Of a DNA stretch of 64,000 nt, positions 8,046 through 19,080 are shown piece after piece; positions within the stretch are counted from its first letter, which is position 1; every line of letters begins with the position of its first letter. The notes below the pieces were generated by a model that saw only the letters and a program-made list of their open reading frames with translations, did not search any database and had not been told where the DNA came from. The position numbers and the translations under genes were made by a program. The stretch is from Candidatus Omnitrophota bacterium (GTDB lineage Bacteria; Omnitrophota; Gorgyraeia; Gygaellales; Profunditerraquicolaceae), in NCBI GenBank assembly GCA_042570405.1, contig JBHPGR010000003.1, positions 679-64,678 on the forward strand, written 5' to 3'.

Positions 8046-8651
8046 ATGAACATAGCGATATTCGCATCTGGGCGAGGGACAAATTTCAGCGCGATCATCA
8101 GGGCGGCCAAGAAGGGGAAGGTCAAGGCTGATTTGGCCTTGTTGGTTTGCGATAACCCTAAGGCCCAAGTGATCGGCAGGGCAAAGAGAGCCGGGGTAAA
8201 GGTGGTTTTAGTCGAGAGGAATGACTTTTCCGGCAAAGATGAATTCGAAGAGAAGATCATCCAGCATTTGATGGAGAATCGGATCGACCTGATCGTTATG
8301 GCCGGTTTTATGCGCATACTCGGCCCTAAGTTAGTGAGTGCCTACAAAGATAAGATCTTGAACATCCACCCGGCTATACTTCCTTCGTTTAAGGGTGAGC
8401 ACGGGATAAAGGATGCCTTTGACTACGGGACAAAGGTTACCGGCGTGACTGTGCATTTTGTGGATGAAGAGATGGACCACGGGCCGATAATCCTGCAGGC
8501 TGCGTTAAAGATCGAAGAAGATGATACCCTAGAGACCCTTGAGGCAAGGATCCATAAGCTTGAACATAAGATTTACCCTGAGGCGATAAGTTTATTTTTA
8601 GAAGGCAGGCTGAAGATCGAAGCAAGAAGGGTAAAGATCCTTAAGGCATAG
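8046..8651 (+). CDS. purN: phosphoribosylglycinamide formyltransferase
   Basis: MNIAIFASGRGTNF.., NIHPA/SLLP-type and HFVDEEMDHGPII motifs. Start moved to ATG 8046, behind an AAGGAAG RBS. Confidence 0.9.
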   Translation: MNIAIFASGRGTNFSAIIRAAKKGKVKADLALLVCDNPKAQVIGRAKRAGVKVVLVERNDFSGKDEFEEKIIQHLMENRIDLIVMAGFMRILGPKLVSAYKDKILNIHPAILPSFKGEHGIKDAFDYGTKVTGVTVHFVDEEMDHGPIILQAALKIEEDDTLETLEARIHKLEHKIYPEAISLFLEGRLKIEARRVKILKA

Positions 8652-9504
8652 GCCTTTTCATGATCGCATCCTTACCCAGGATCAGCAGGTCGCCGCTCTG
8701 AAGATCGGTCAATTCCACCCGCGAGAAATCCTCAAATCCGTAAGTCCTTATACAATAAGTCGCTATATTTAATATTTCCTCTTTGATATCTATCTCTTGC
8801 TGCAGCGGGGCAAGAGGAGAAATAGAGTATTCTATTGAAAAAACGCCTTCAGAGAACCTGCCTTCGGTCTTCTCTACTAAAAAATAATTCTTCCAATTCT
8901 CATCCTGGAACTTAGCGCCTATCCTTTGGCCGATCTGCTCTGCCAGAAAATCCGCAAATTTTATATCAAATGCCTTAAGGTGCTCACCCGTAGTATCTGC
9001 GATCGCATCAGGAGCGACATCCAGCTTAATCACATACCTGCGGTTCGCCTCCATCCAGTGTATCGCCTGGGCGTATGATTTTTTCAGATCCAGGAGATAG
9101 CCGATCATCGTATAATCGATGCCTAAGTTTATATCAGAGGCGAGGATCGCATAAAATTCCGGGGCATTATCGGAACTGAGCAGTACCCTGCCGAAGGTCA
9201 TCAATATATTCCTTAGTTTTTCAGACATGCCCTCGTCGAAGAACTTATCTTCTTTTAAGCCGTATTCTTCATGCAGTATCTTAGCCATCGGCGCATATAC
9301 CCAGAGCGTATTATGCGTCCTTTTAGTGATCACCTCAAGATCAAACTCGTCTTGGCAGATATTCTTGATGATATGGGGGATATCTTTCTCTTTATAGGTA
9401 GGCTCTATCCGGTATTCACATCCGGCGAGACTTAAAAGAGCGAAAAGACTAAAGAAGAGGAGGGCGGACCTTGCCGAATTCCTTAAAGATTGCTTCGATC
9501 TCAT
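8641..9504 (-). CDS. hypothetical lipoprotein
   Basis: Signal peptide with lipobox LSLAGC. No family recognised. Its start overlaps the ftsH-like 3' end by 56 nt. Confidence 0.5.
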   Translation of the reverse strand: MRSKQSLRNSARSALLFFSLFALLSLAGCEYRIEPTYKEKDIPHIIKNICQDEFDLEVITKRTHNTLWVYAPMAKILHEEYGLKEDKFFDEGMSEKLRNILMTFGRVLLSSDNAPEFYAILASDINLGIDYTMIGYLLDLKKSYAQAIHWMEANRRYVIKLDVAPDAIADTTGEHLKAFDIKFADFLAEQIGQRIGAKFQDENWKNYFLVEKTEGRFSEGVFSIEYSISPLAPLQQEIDIKEEILNIATYCIRTYGFEDFSRVELTDLQSGDLLILGKDAIMKRPMP

Positions 9505-11146
9505 CGTAATTTAGTTCTTCCTTCAGGATAAGTTCCTTTGCAAAGCGCTCAAGCAGGGCGGATTCTTTCCTTAATAGGTCTTCGGCCTCCCTCATACAGG
9601 ATTGCATTATCTCCTGTACATCTAAGTTTAGCTGTTCCTTTATCTTCTCGGATACAAAAGAAGCGGATTCCCCCCTGAATATTCCGGCATCGGAAGGCAT
9701 CCTTTCTAACAGGCTGTAGTTTCCGATCAGCCCGGAGCTTCCCATCCCCCACTCCCAGACCATCTTGTGGGCGGTGCGCATGGCATAAGTGAAGTCCATG
9801 CTCACGCCGGAGGTAGTGGTATTAAACCTTATTCTCTCTGCCGCATAGGAGCCGAGGAATGATTTTATCTCTCCCAGATAATGTTCTTTAGTGCGCACAT
9901 GGGTATCTTCGCGCAGCTGCGGCTGTACGAATCCCAGGGCGCCGGCCCGCTCAAATATTGTGGCTTTAAATACATCCACCTGCGGGTAAAGAAGATACAT
10001 GGCGATGGCATGGCCCGCCTCATGATAAGCGACCTTTTCTTTTTGTTTCGGATCGAATATCACCTTGTGTTTTATGCCCATCTCCACCCGGTCGTAGGCT
10101 TCAGAGATCTCTGCCATCGAGATCAATTCCTTCTTATTGCGTACGGCGATCAGCGCTGCTTCCTTGATCAGGTTTGCGATATCCGCAGGAGTGCTTCCTA
10201 CGGTCAGCCTGGCCAGCCTCTTGTAGTCCAATGAGGGATCATATTTTACGTCTTTGAGGTAGTAGGCGAGCAGTTTTTCTCTCTCTTCCAGGTTGGGGCG
10301 CTGGACATAGATCTTACGGTCGAATCTTCCCGCCCTAAGCAGCGCCTGATCTAAGAAGCTCTCCGGAGCGTTGGTTGCTCCGATTACCACGATATTGTAA
10401 TCTTTTTCTTTTAAACCGTCCATCTCTATAAGCAGCTGGTTGAGCGTCGTATTGGATTCCCTCTGCCCGCCGAAACCGCGGTCAGCCGCACGCTGTGCTC
10501 CTACGGCATCCAGTTCATCGATAAAGATGATGCAGCCGCCGTCTGAGTAGGCTAATTGACGCGCCTGTTTGAAGAGTTTGCGGATGCGGCTTGCACCTAC
10601 TCCGACAAACATCTCGATGAACTCCGAACCGGACATGGAAATAAAGGGGAGGCCTGCCTCAGTAGAAATTGCTTTAGCCAGGTAGGTCTTGCCGCAGCCG
10701 GGGGGGCCGAGCATCAATATGCCCTTTAGGATCTTTCCTCCGATGCGCTGCAGGTGGGCCCGGTCAGTGACCAGGCGCACCACCTCAAGCGATTCCTGCT
10801 TTGCCTCTTCCATGCCGATGACGTCATTCCAATGGATACCGATCTCTTTACCTTCGACAGCTTTTTTGTGTAAACGGGTAAACTTCGTATGCCCCCCGCG
10901 CATGATCCAGATCCACATCGCCATATGCAAAGGCAAGGCGATCATCTGTGTGACCAGGATGATATAGAAAAATATCGAATATTGGGCAAGGGCTGCCTTT
11001 TTTACATAAGATTCAGAGGTGGTCCAGGCGATGATCGCGTTGCGCAGGAAGATGAATAAAGAAATACAAATAAGCAGGACGAATAGGGATACGCAGATTG
11101 CGATCCAGTGGTATTTTAGGAAAAGTTTGATTTTTCTTGAATTCAT
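9449..11146 (-). CDS. ftsH: FtsH-like AAA+ zinc metalloprotease
   Basis: Walker [21 protein letters not shown] region and HEAGHA zinc motif. Start set at MNSRKIK (GAGGAGG RBS) rather than ORF-track position 11194. Confidence 0.85.
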   Translation of the reverse strand: MNSRKIKLFLKYHWIAICVSLFVLLICISLFIFLRNAIIAWTTSESYVKKAALAQYSIFFYIILVTQMIALPLHMAMWIWIMRGGHTKFTRLHKKAVEGKEIGIHWNDVIGMEEAKQESLEVVRLVTDRAHLQRIGGKILKGILMLGPPGCGKTYLAKAISTEAGLPFISMSGSEFIEMFVGVGASRIRKLFKQARQLAYSDGGCIIFIDELDAVGAQRAADRGFGGQRESNTTLNQLLIEMDGLKEKDYNIVVIGATNAPESFLDQALLRAGRFDRKIYVQRPNLEEREKLLAYYLKDVKYDPSLDYKRLARLTVGSTPADIANLIKEAALIAVRNKKELISMAEISEAYDRVEMGIKHKVIFDPKQKEKVAYHEAGHAIAMYLLYPQVDVFKATIFERAGALGFVQPQLREDTHVRTKEHYLGEIKSFLGSYAAERIRFNTTTSGVSMDFTYAMRTAHKMVWEWGMGSSGLIGNYSLLERMPSDAGIFRGESASFVSEKIKEQLNLDVQEIMQSCMREAEDLLRKESALLERFAKELILKEELNYDEIEAIFKEFGKVRPPLL

Positions 11147-11227
11147 GGTTCCTCCTCTATGGTCAAGAATAACATACAAGGCAGTTGCAGTCAATTTCTA
11201 TTTGCCGGTATGAGGCTTTGGCGATTC

Positions 11228-12837
<1,610 letters not shown>

Positions 12838-12853
12838 AAATTCACGTTTTAGA

Positions 12854-12862
12854 TGGTATAAT
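12854..12862 (+). promoter_or_regulatory. extended -10 element (TGGTATAAT) upstream of tRNA-fMet
   Basis: TGnTATAAT lies 29 nt before the tRNA 5' end. No good -35. Confidence 0.5.
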
Positions 12863-12890
12863 AACTGCACTGTTCTTTTATTGTAGATTT

Positions 12891-12964
12891 CGCGGGGTAG
12901 AGCAGTCTGGTAGCTCGTTAGGCTCATAACCTAAAGGTCAGAGGTTCAAATCCTCTCCCCGCAA
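12891..12964 (+). tRNA. initiator tRNA-fMet (anticodon CAU), no encoded CCA
   Basis: Near-identical in pattern to the E. coli initiator: CGCGGGG..CCCCGCAA with a C1xA72 mismatch, loop CTCATAA, T-loop TTCAAAT. Confidence 0.9.
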
Positions 12965-13130
12965 TAAATATCCGCCAGTTCTCCCGCAAAGCTATTATTT
13001 AGCTGGCGGGATCCCGCCTGATAATTAACTGAGGTGCGGGAAAATCTGCCCCCCGCAACCACTTATAAAAGCCCCAAGGCAATTGAGGGCAGTCCCGAGG
13101 AGCGAAAGTGACGAGGGGCAACCACTTAAA

Positions 13131-13156
13131 CCGCCGCATCTTGCGGCGGTTTTTTT
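13131..13156 (+). terminator. intrinsic terminator
   Basis: CCGCCGCA/TGCGGCGG stem followed by 7 T. Confidence 0.85.
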
Positions 13157-13245
13157 ATACGTTCGCGGCCAGAACTTTATGGCAAAGATGAAAAATTGAG
13201 CCGCTCAGTATCAATTTCTTCAAGCTAAAATGCGGAGAAATTTAT

Positions 13246-13273
13246 TTGCCAAGACTTGAATTTCTGCTATAAT
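13246..13273 (+). promoter_or_regulatory. sigma70-type promoter for purB
   Basis: TTGCCA, 16 nt spacer, TATAAT. AAGGAG RBS lies before ATG 13306. Confidence 0.65.
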
Positions 13274-13305
13274 AGGGCTTCCGCGAAATATGGCAAGGAG
13301 CTCTC

Positions 13306-14598
13306 ATGATCGAACGCTATAGCCTACCTGAAATGTCCCGGATCTGGCAGGATGAGTTTAAGTTTAAGACCATGCTGCAGGTGGAGATACTAGCCTTAGA
13401 AGCCCTCGCCAAGCAAAAGAAGGTACCAAGGGAATCCCTGCGCCGCATCAAGAAAAAAGCCCGCTTCAATATCGATAAGATCAAAAAAATAGAAGCCAGG
13501 ACACAACATGATGTAGTGGCTTTTGTCAACTGTGTGGCACAAAATATAGGGTCGGACGCTAAATACCTGCATTTAGGGCTTACCTCTTCAGATATCCTCG
13601 ATACAACACTTGGTGTACAATTAAAGGAAGCCTCTCGTCTATTGCAGGGCTCTTTGCTTAAAGTTTCCAACTTACTAGCCAAGAAAGCCAAAAGATATAA
13701 AGATATGGTTTGTATCGGCCGCACCCACGGCATCCATGCTGAACCCATGACATTCGGCCTGAAGCTTGCGCTCTGGTATGATGAGACAAAGCGCAACCTG
13801 GTCCGTTTGGAGCAGGCAAGGGAGGCGGTTTCAGTCGGTAAGATCTCAGGCGCAGTAGGAACTTATTCAAATATCGATCCCCGGGTCGAACTCTATGTCT
13901 GCGATAAGCTCGGCCTAAAAGCGGCCAGGATCTCAACGCAGGTAATCCAAAGGGATGTCCATGCACAATATCTTACGGCACTGGCGATAATCGGGGCCTC
14001 GCTTGAGAAGTTCGCTACTGAGATCAGGCATCTGCAGAGGACGGAGGTCCTGGAGGTAGAGGAGCCTTTTAGTAAGGGGCAGAAGGGTTCATCGGCAATG
14101 CCCCATAAGCGCAACCCGGTGATCTGCGAGCGTATCTGCGGCCTGAGCCGTATCTTGAGAGCCAATGCTTTAGCGGCTATGGAGAACGTTTCCCTCTGGC
14201 ATGAGCGTGACATCAGTCATTCTTCGGTCGAGCGGGTGATCATCCCTGACTCAACCCTGGCCCTGTACTATATGCTTAATAAATTCATCGAGGTGATCAG
14301 CGGGCTGATGGTTTATCCGGATAATATGTTAAGCAATCTAGTGCGTACGCACGGGTTGATCTTCTCGCAGAGAGTACTTGTGGAGCTGATGAATAAAGGC
14401 CTGCCTCGCGCCAAGGCATATGACCTTGTCCAGGGCTGCGCGATGAAGAGCTGGAAGGAGGGCTCGGATTACAAGAATAACCTCCTGAAGGATAAAAAAG
14501 TCACCCGTTATCTTGAACCCAAAGAAATAGAGAAGATCTTTGACCTGGATTATTATTTGCGCAACACGAATAGGATCTTTAGGAGACTAGGTTTATAG
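13306..14598 (+). CDS. purB: adenylosuccinate lyase
   Basis: 430 aa with the SSAMPHKRNP signature of the fumarate-lyase family and a PurB-type N-terminus MIERYSLPEM. Confidence 0.95.
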   Translation: MIERYSLPEMSRIWQDEFKFKTMLQVEILALEALAKQKKVPRESLRRIKKKARFNIDKIKKIEARTQHDVVAFVNCVAQNIGSDAKYLHLGLTSSDILDTTLGVQLKEASRLLQGSLLKVSNLLAKKAKRYKDMVCIGRTHGIHAEPMTFGLKLALWYDETKRNLVRLEQAREAVSVGKISGAVGTYSNIDPRVELYVCDKLGLKAARISTQVIQRDVHAQYLTALAIIGASLEKFATEIRHLQRTEVLEVEEPFSKGQKGSSAMPHKRNPVICERICGLSRILRANALAAMENVSLWHERDISHSSVERVIIPDSTLALYYMLNKFIEVISGLMVYPDNMLSNLVRTHGLIFSQRVLVELMNKGLPRAKAYDLVQGCAMKSWKEGSDYKNNLLKDKKVTRYLEPKEIEKIFDLDYYLRNTNRIFRRLGL

Positions 14599-14766
14599 GA
14601 AGATACAACGCTGTATCCCGCCTAAATCCTTAACACCCATGCTTATTGGTGCAAAGGCGCACCGGTAGGAGATTATCAAATATCTGCAGTGAGGCAGGAT
14701 TTCGTTTGAAGTCTATTCTCGGAAAGATATCTATAACCAATAGTTTCTTGCTAAGGGGAGGATGGT

Positions 14767-16986
14767 ATGTCTAGTGATACGGTTGTGATCAACAAAGAGC
14801 TGATTGAAAAAGAAGGCCTGACGATGGAAGAGTATGAGATGATAAAAAAGCGCCTGGGCAGAGAACCAAACTATACAGAGTTAGGGTTGTTCTCGGCGAT
14901 GTGGAGTGAGCATTGTTCCTACAAAAACTCAAAACCGGTGCTTAAGCTTTTTCACACCAAGGGTAAGCAGGTGATCCAGGGCCCGGGTGAAAATTCCGGA
15001 GTAGTGGATATCGGCGGAGGATTGGGTGTTGCTTTTAAGATCGAGTCCCATAATCATCCTTCGGCAGTTGAGCCGTATGAGGCCTCAGCCACCGGAGGGG
15101 GCGGATGCATCCGCGATATCTTTACCATGGGTGCCCGGCCGATCGGGCTCCTGGATTCTTTACGCCTGGGCAGCCTTGACAAGGGGAAGGTGAGATTTTT
15201 GTTGAAGAATATCGCCAAGGGATTCACGGATTATGCTAATGTGGTGGGGATCCCTGTTTTAGCCGGCGAGATATACTTTGATGAATCTTTCGAAGGAAAT
15301 CCCCTGGTGAATGCGATGACGGTAGGGATAGTCAAGAAGAAAGAATTAGTCAGGGCCAGGGCAAGCGGTATAGGCAACCTGGTGTTGATCGTCGGTGGCC
15401 CGACGGGCAGGGATGGGGTAGCAGGAGCAGCTTTTGCTTCCTCAGGCCTGAGCGAGGAGGCCGCCAAAAATAGTTCTGCCGTGGCTATCGGAGACCCGCA
15501 GATGGGACGCATCTTAAGGGAGGCCTGTTTGGAATTGATGCGTAAGAAGCTGGTGATAGGCATGCAGGATATGGGCGCTGCCGGCCTGATCTGTTCTACC
15601 TGCGAGACCTCTTATAAGGCGGGAACAGGGATAGAGGTGGATATCTCCCGCGTTCCGCGCAAGGAAGAGGGGATGAATGCCTATGAAGTGATGCTCTCTG
15701 AATCGCAGGAGCGGATGCTGGTGATCGTCGACAAAAACAAATTAGAGCAGGTAAAGAAGGTTTTGAATAAATGGAAGGTCCCGGTTGACGTTATCGGCAA
15801 GGTCACTGATGACGCAATGGTGCGCGTTAAGGAGGGCTGGAGAGTGGTCGCCGAAGTCCCTGCGGCCGCCTTGGCTGAAGGGCCGGTATATAAGAGGAAG
15901 GCGGCAAGGCCAAAATATCTATCCAGGGTAAATAAGCTTGAGCTGGATAAGATAAAGGAGCCCAAGAACTACAACCGTGCGCTGATCCAACTTTTAAGTC
16001 ATCCTACCATTGCCAGTAAGGCCTGGGTCTCTAAGCACGGAGATCCAAAGGTCGGCAGGGGTATCGTCTTAAGCACCGGTTCCAACGCCGGAGTGGCGGC
16101 TGTACCGGGAACAAAGAAAGCGATCGCGGTGACTACGGATTGTAATTCCGCTTATTGCTATCTTGACCCTTCTAGAGGCGGACAGATCGCCGTAGCTGAG
16201 GCAGCGAGAAACTTAAGCTGTGTCGGCGCTAAGCCTTTAGCGATTACCGACGGGATCAACTTCGGAAACCCCAAGAATCCGGAGGTGTTCTGGCAGTTTA
16301 AGCAGGCAGCCCTGGGTATTACCAAGGCCTGTCGCGCGCTGAATACGCCGGTGGTCAGCGGCAACGTCAGCTTCAACAACGAGAACCCCAAGGGTTCAGT
16401 CGATCCCACGCCAATCGTGGGAATGGTAGGCGTGATCAAGGACAGGTCAAAGGCAGTCGGTCAGTACTTTAAGGCTGCCGGAGATGCGATCATTCTCCTG
16501 GGCAGAAACAAGCAGGAGCTGGGCGGTAGCCAGTATCTGATGACGATCCACGGGTTGAAGAAGGGCCATTGTCCTAGCATCGACCTGAGCCTGGAGAGGC
16601 GCCTGCAGAGGACAGTTTTAGAGGCGATAGAGAAAGGCCTGGTCCGCTCCGCGCACGATTGTTCAGAGGGCGGATTAGCGGTCGCTTTAGCGGAGAGTTC
16701 GATCAGCAACCCGAAGAAGAAATTCGGCGCTGTGGTCGATCTACACTCCAACGGCCTAAGGACTGACGCGCTCCTCTTTGGTGAGACGCAGTCGAGGGTG
16801 ATCTTAAGCGCTAAGCAGAAAAACGTAAAGAGGATATTGCAGCTCGCAAGAAAACACAAGGTTCCGTCCTCTGTGATCGGAAAGACCGGCGGCAGCAGAT
16901 TGACGATCAACCACGTGATAGATGTAGCTGTCAATAAGGCCTATAAGGCCTGGCGCTTCGCAATAGAGAGGAAGCTGGAAGGTTAA
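14767..16986 (+). CDS. purL: phosphoribosylformylglycinamidine synthase subunit PurL (FGAM synthase II)
   Basis: 739 aa. EPNYTELGLFSAMWSEHCSYK, ESHNHPS and duplicated AIR-synthase-like domains. Confidence 0.95.
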   Translation: MSSDTVVINKELIEKEGLTMEEYEMIKKRLGREPNYTELGLFSAMWSEHCSYKNSKPVLKLFHTKGKQVIQGPGENSGVVDIGGGLGVAFKIESHNHPSAVEPYEASATGGGGCIRDIFTMGARPIGLLDSLRLGSLDKGKVRFLLKNIAKGFTDYANVVGIPVLAGEIYFDESFEGNPLVNAMTVGIVKKKELVRARASGIGNLVLIVGGPTGRDGVAGAAFASSGLSEEAAKNSSAVAIGDPQMGRILREACLELMRKKLVIGMQDMGAAGLICSTCETSYKAGTGIEVDISRVPRKEEGMNAYEVMLSESQERMLVIVDKNKLEQVKKVLNKWKVPVDVIGKVTDDAMVRVKEGWRVVAEVPAAALAEGPVYKRKAARPKYLSRVNKLELDKIKEPKNYNRALIQLLSHPTIASKAWVSKHGDPKVGRGIVLSTGSNAGVAAVPGTKKAIAVTTDCNSAYCYLDPSRGGQIAVAEAARNLSCVGAKPLAITDGINFGNPKNPEVFWQFKQAALGITKACRALNTPVVSGNVSFNNENPKGSVDPTPIVGMVGVIKDRSKAVGQYFKAAGDAIILLGRNKQELGGSQYLMTIHGLKKGHCPSIDLSLERRLQRTVLEAIEKGLVRSAHDCSEGGLAVALAESSISNPKKKFGAVVDLHSNGLRTDALLFGETQSRVILSAKQKNVKRILQLARKHKVPSSVIGKTGGSRLTINHVIDVAVNKAYKAWRFAIERKLEG

Positions 16987-17013
16987 CTTTACTACCAGAA
17001 AGGAAAAAATTAA

Positions 17014-17670
17014 GTGAGGAAAAAGATCAATTCCAGGAAGGACTTTCTCTCCGCAGAGCCCTGGCGTATTTTCCGCATCATGTCGGAGTTTGTGGAAGGG
17101 TTTGAAGTGCTTTCGCAGGTAGGTAAAGCCGTATCGATATTCGGCTCAAGCCGTTTTAAGCCCGGAAACAAATACTACAAGCTGGCGGAGCAAACAGCCT
17201 ATCTTTTAGCTAAAGACGGTTTCGCGATCATTACCGGCAGCGGTCCTGCTATAATGGAGGCCGCCAACAAGGGCGCAAAGCGCGCAGGCGGCCACTCCAT
17301 CGGTTTAAATATCCAGATACCGATGGAGCAGGAGCCGAATAAATACGTGGGGACCCTGCTGGATTTCCGCTATTTTTTCGTACGCAAGGTGATGTTCGTA
17401 AAATACGCCAAGGCATTTGTGATCATGCCCGGAGGTTACGGTACCCTGGATGAGTTTATGGAAGCGATAAACCTGATCCAGACAGAGAGGATACCCAGGT
17501 TTCCGGTAGTATTATTAGGCAGTAAATACTGGAAGGGTATACTCGATTGGTTCCGGAACACGCTTTTAGAGAAGGGTGCGGTCAGTAGAGAAGACCTGAA
17601 GCTTTTTACGGTCGTAGATCAGCCGAGAGAAGTCCTTCTTGCGATCAAAAAATTCTATAAAAAAACCTGA
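17014..17670 (+). CDS. LOG family / TIGR00730 nucleotide phosphoribohydrolase-like protein
   Basis: GSGPAIMEAANKGA and PGGYGTLDEFMEA motifs. Confidence 0.85.
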   Translation: MRKKINSRKDFLSAEPWRIFRIMSEFVEGFEVLSQVGKAVSIFGSSRFKPGNKYYKLAEQTAYLLAKDGFAIITGSGPAIMEAANKGAKRAGGHSIGLNIQIPMEQEPNKYVGTLLDFRYFFVRKVMFVKYAKAFVIMPGGYGTLDEFMEAINLIQTERIPRFPVVLLGSKYWKGILDWFRNTLLEKGAVSREDLKLFTVVDQPREVLLAIKKFYKKT

Positions 17671-17682
17671 CAGGAGGTCAAG

Positions 17683-19080
17683 ATGAGCGGGATCTTTGGC
17701 GTAGTCTCCAAGGGGGATTGCAGCGAAGACCTGTTTTACGGCACGGATTACCACTCCCACCTGGGAACGCAGTTTGGCGGGCTTGGAGTCTGGACCGCAG
17801 AAGGTCTTATGCGCAAGATCCATGATATAAGGGGGAGTCAATTCAAGGCGAAGTTTTTTGAAGATTATAAGAAGATGAAGGGAAAGGCCGGCATCGGCGT
17901 TATCAGCGCAAACGAGGAGCAGCCGATGTGCGTGAATTCCAAGTTCGGGCCCTTTGCTATCGTCACCAACGGTTTTATTGAGAACGCCCAGACACTGACA
18001 AAAGAGCTTTACAGGCAGGGGCAGTCTTTCAGCGAAGTCACAGACGGAACAGTCAACCTGACCGAACTGGTGGCAAAGCTGATCACTATTGGCGCGACGA
18101 TCGCCGAGGGTATCGAGTATATGTTCTCTAAAATCGAAGGTTCATGCTCTCTTTTGCTTTTGGATAAACAGGGGATCTATGCGGCCAGGGACAGGTACGG
18201 TTATACCCCGCTGGCTGTTGGACAGAGAGGTAAGGATTGGGCGGTGACAGCTGAGACATCTGCCTTCTATAATCTGGGTTTTAAGATCAAGAAATATCTG
18301 CAGCCCGGAGAGATCCTCTTTTTGGATGGAAAGGGCCTAAAGTCCGTACGCCGCGGAGGAAAGACAAATCAGATCTGCTCATTTTTGTGGATCTACACAG
18401 GATTTCCTGCCTCATGCTATGAAGGGATGAATACGGAGTTGGCAAGGGAGAGATGCGGAAAGTGCTTGGCCAAAAATGATTTTATCAAAGCTGATATGGC
18501 AGCAGGCGTTCCGGATTCAGGGACTGCGCATGCGATCGGTTATGCCATGGGAGCGGGGATCCCATTCCGCAGGCCGCTGGTAAAATATACTCCCGGTTTT
18601 GACCGCAGCTACACTCCTCCCTCGCAGGAGACGCGCGACCGGATCGCGAAGATGAAACTGATACCGATCCGGGATATAATCAATGGAAAGAGTATCGTAA
18701 TCTGCGATGACTCCATCGTGCGAGGGACGCAGTTTAAGAGTTTCACCATTCAGAAGCTTAAAGAGTGCGGGGTCAAGGGGATGCATTTAAGGATCGCCTG
18801 TCCGCCGCTGATGTACCCTTGTAAATTTAATTACTCTACGCGCAGCATCCATGAGCTGGCAGCGCGCAAGGGCATAAAGGCGATCGAAGGGAAGGATGTT
18901 AAAGACGTCAGTCAATATATAGATGAAGATTCCGCCAAGCACAAGAAGATGGTGGATTGGATCAGGAAGGACCTGGGCGTTACAACCTTAAAATACCAGA
19001 AGCTTAAAGATATGATTAAGGCGATAGGGTTGGCAAAGGATAAATTATGCCTTTACTGCTGGACCGGGAGGGAGCCTTAA
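17683..19080 (+). CDS. purF: amidophosphoribosyltransferase homolog with a degenerate glutaminase domain (Ser in place of the Cys nucleophile)
   Basis: PRTase motifs GVPDSG and ICDDSIVRGTQ, and Fe-S Cys positions (ICSF.., PCKF, CLYCWTG). N-terminus is MSGIFGV, not MCGI. An in-frame TGA lies 15 nt upstream and AGGAGG is the RBS. Confidence 0.85.
   Translation: MSGIFGVVSKGDCSEDLFYGTDYHSHLGTQFGGLGVWTAEGLMRKIHDIRGSQFKAKFFEDYKKMKGKAGIGVISANEEQPMCVNSKFGPFAIVTNGFIENAQTLTKELYRQGQSFSEVTDGTVNLTELVAKLITIGATIAEGIEYMFSKIEGSCSLLLLDKQGIYAARDRYGYTPLAVGQRGKDWAVTAETSAFYNLGFKIKKYLQPGEILFLDGKGLKSVRRGGKTNQICSFLWIYTGFPASCYEGMNTELARERCGKCLAKNDFIKADMAAGVPDSGTAHAIGYAMGAGIPFRRPLVKYTPGFDRSYTPPSQETRDRIAKMKLIPIRDIINGKSIVICDDSIVRGTQFKSFTIQKLKECGVKGMHLRIACPPLMYPCKFNYSTRSIHELAARKGIKAIEGKDVKDVSQYIDEDSAKHKKMVDWIRKDLGVTTLKYQKLKDMIKAIGLAKDKLCLYCWTGREP

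Noticed and set aside
13317-13796. Long antisense ORFs inside well-supported genes, e.g. 2010-2348(-), 13317-13796(-), 16461-16934(-), 20390-20908(-), 21947-22369(-), 22796-23299(-), 26912-27466(-), 59288-59812(-) and 61658-62137(-)
   Set aside because: Each is fully embedded opposite a CDS with strong family motifs. Their composition is Ser/Arg/Pro-rich and low-complexity, typical of antisense frames. No RBS or independent evidence.
14599-14766. Possible purine/ZTP-type riboswitch in the 168-nt purB-purL spacer
   Set aside because: I could not find the remembered conserved cores of the ZTP (pfl) or purine aptamers. Only weak 5-bp hairpins are present.
19047-19079. Upstream start codons offered by the ORF track for purM (19047), purN (7980), eno (11246), xerC (42475), ftsH-like (11194), spoVG (38556) and HD-GYP (47655)
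   Set aside because: The extensions overlap the preceding gene or a terminator, lack an RBS, and add non-homologous residues. Internal starts with an AGGAGG-type RBS give canonical N-termini.
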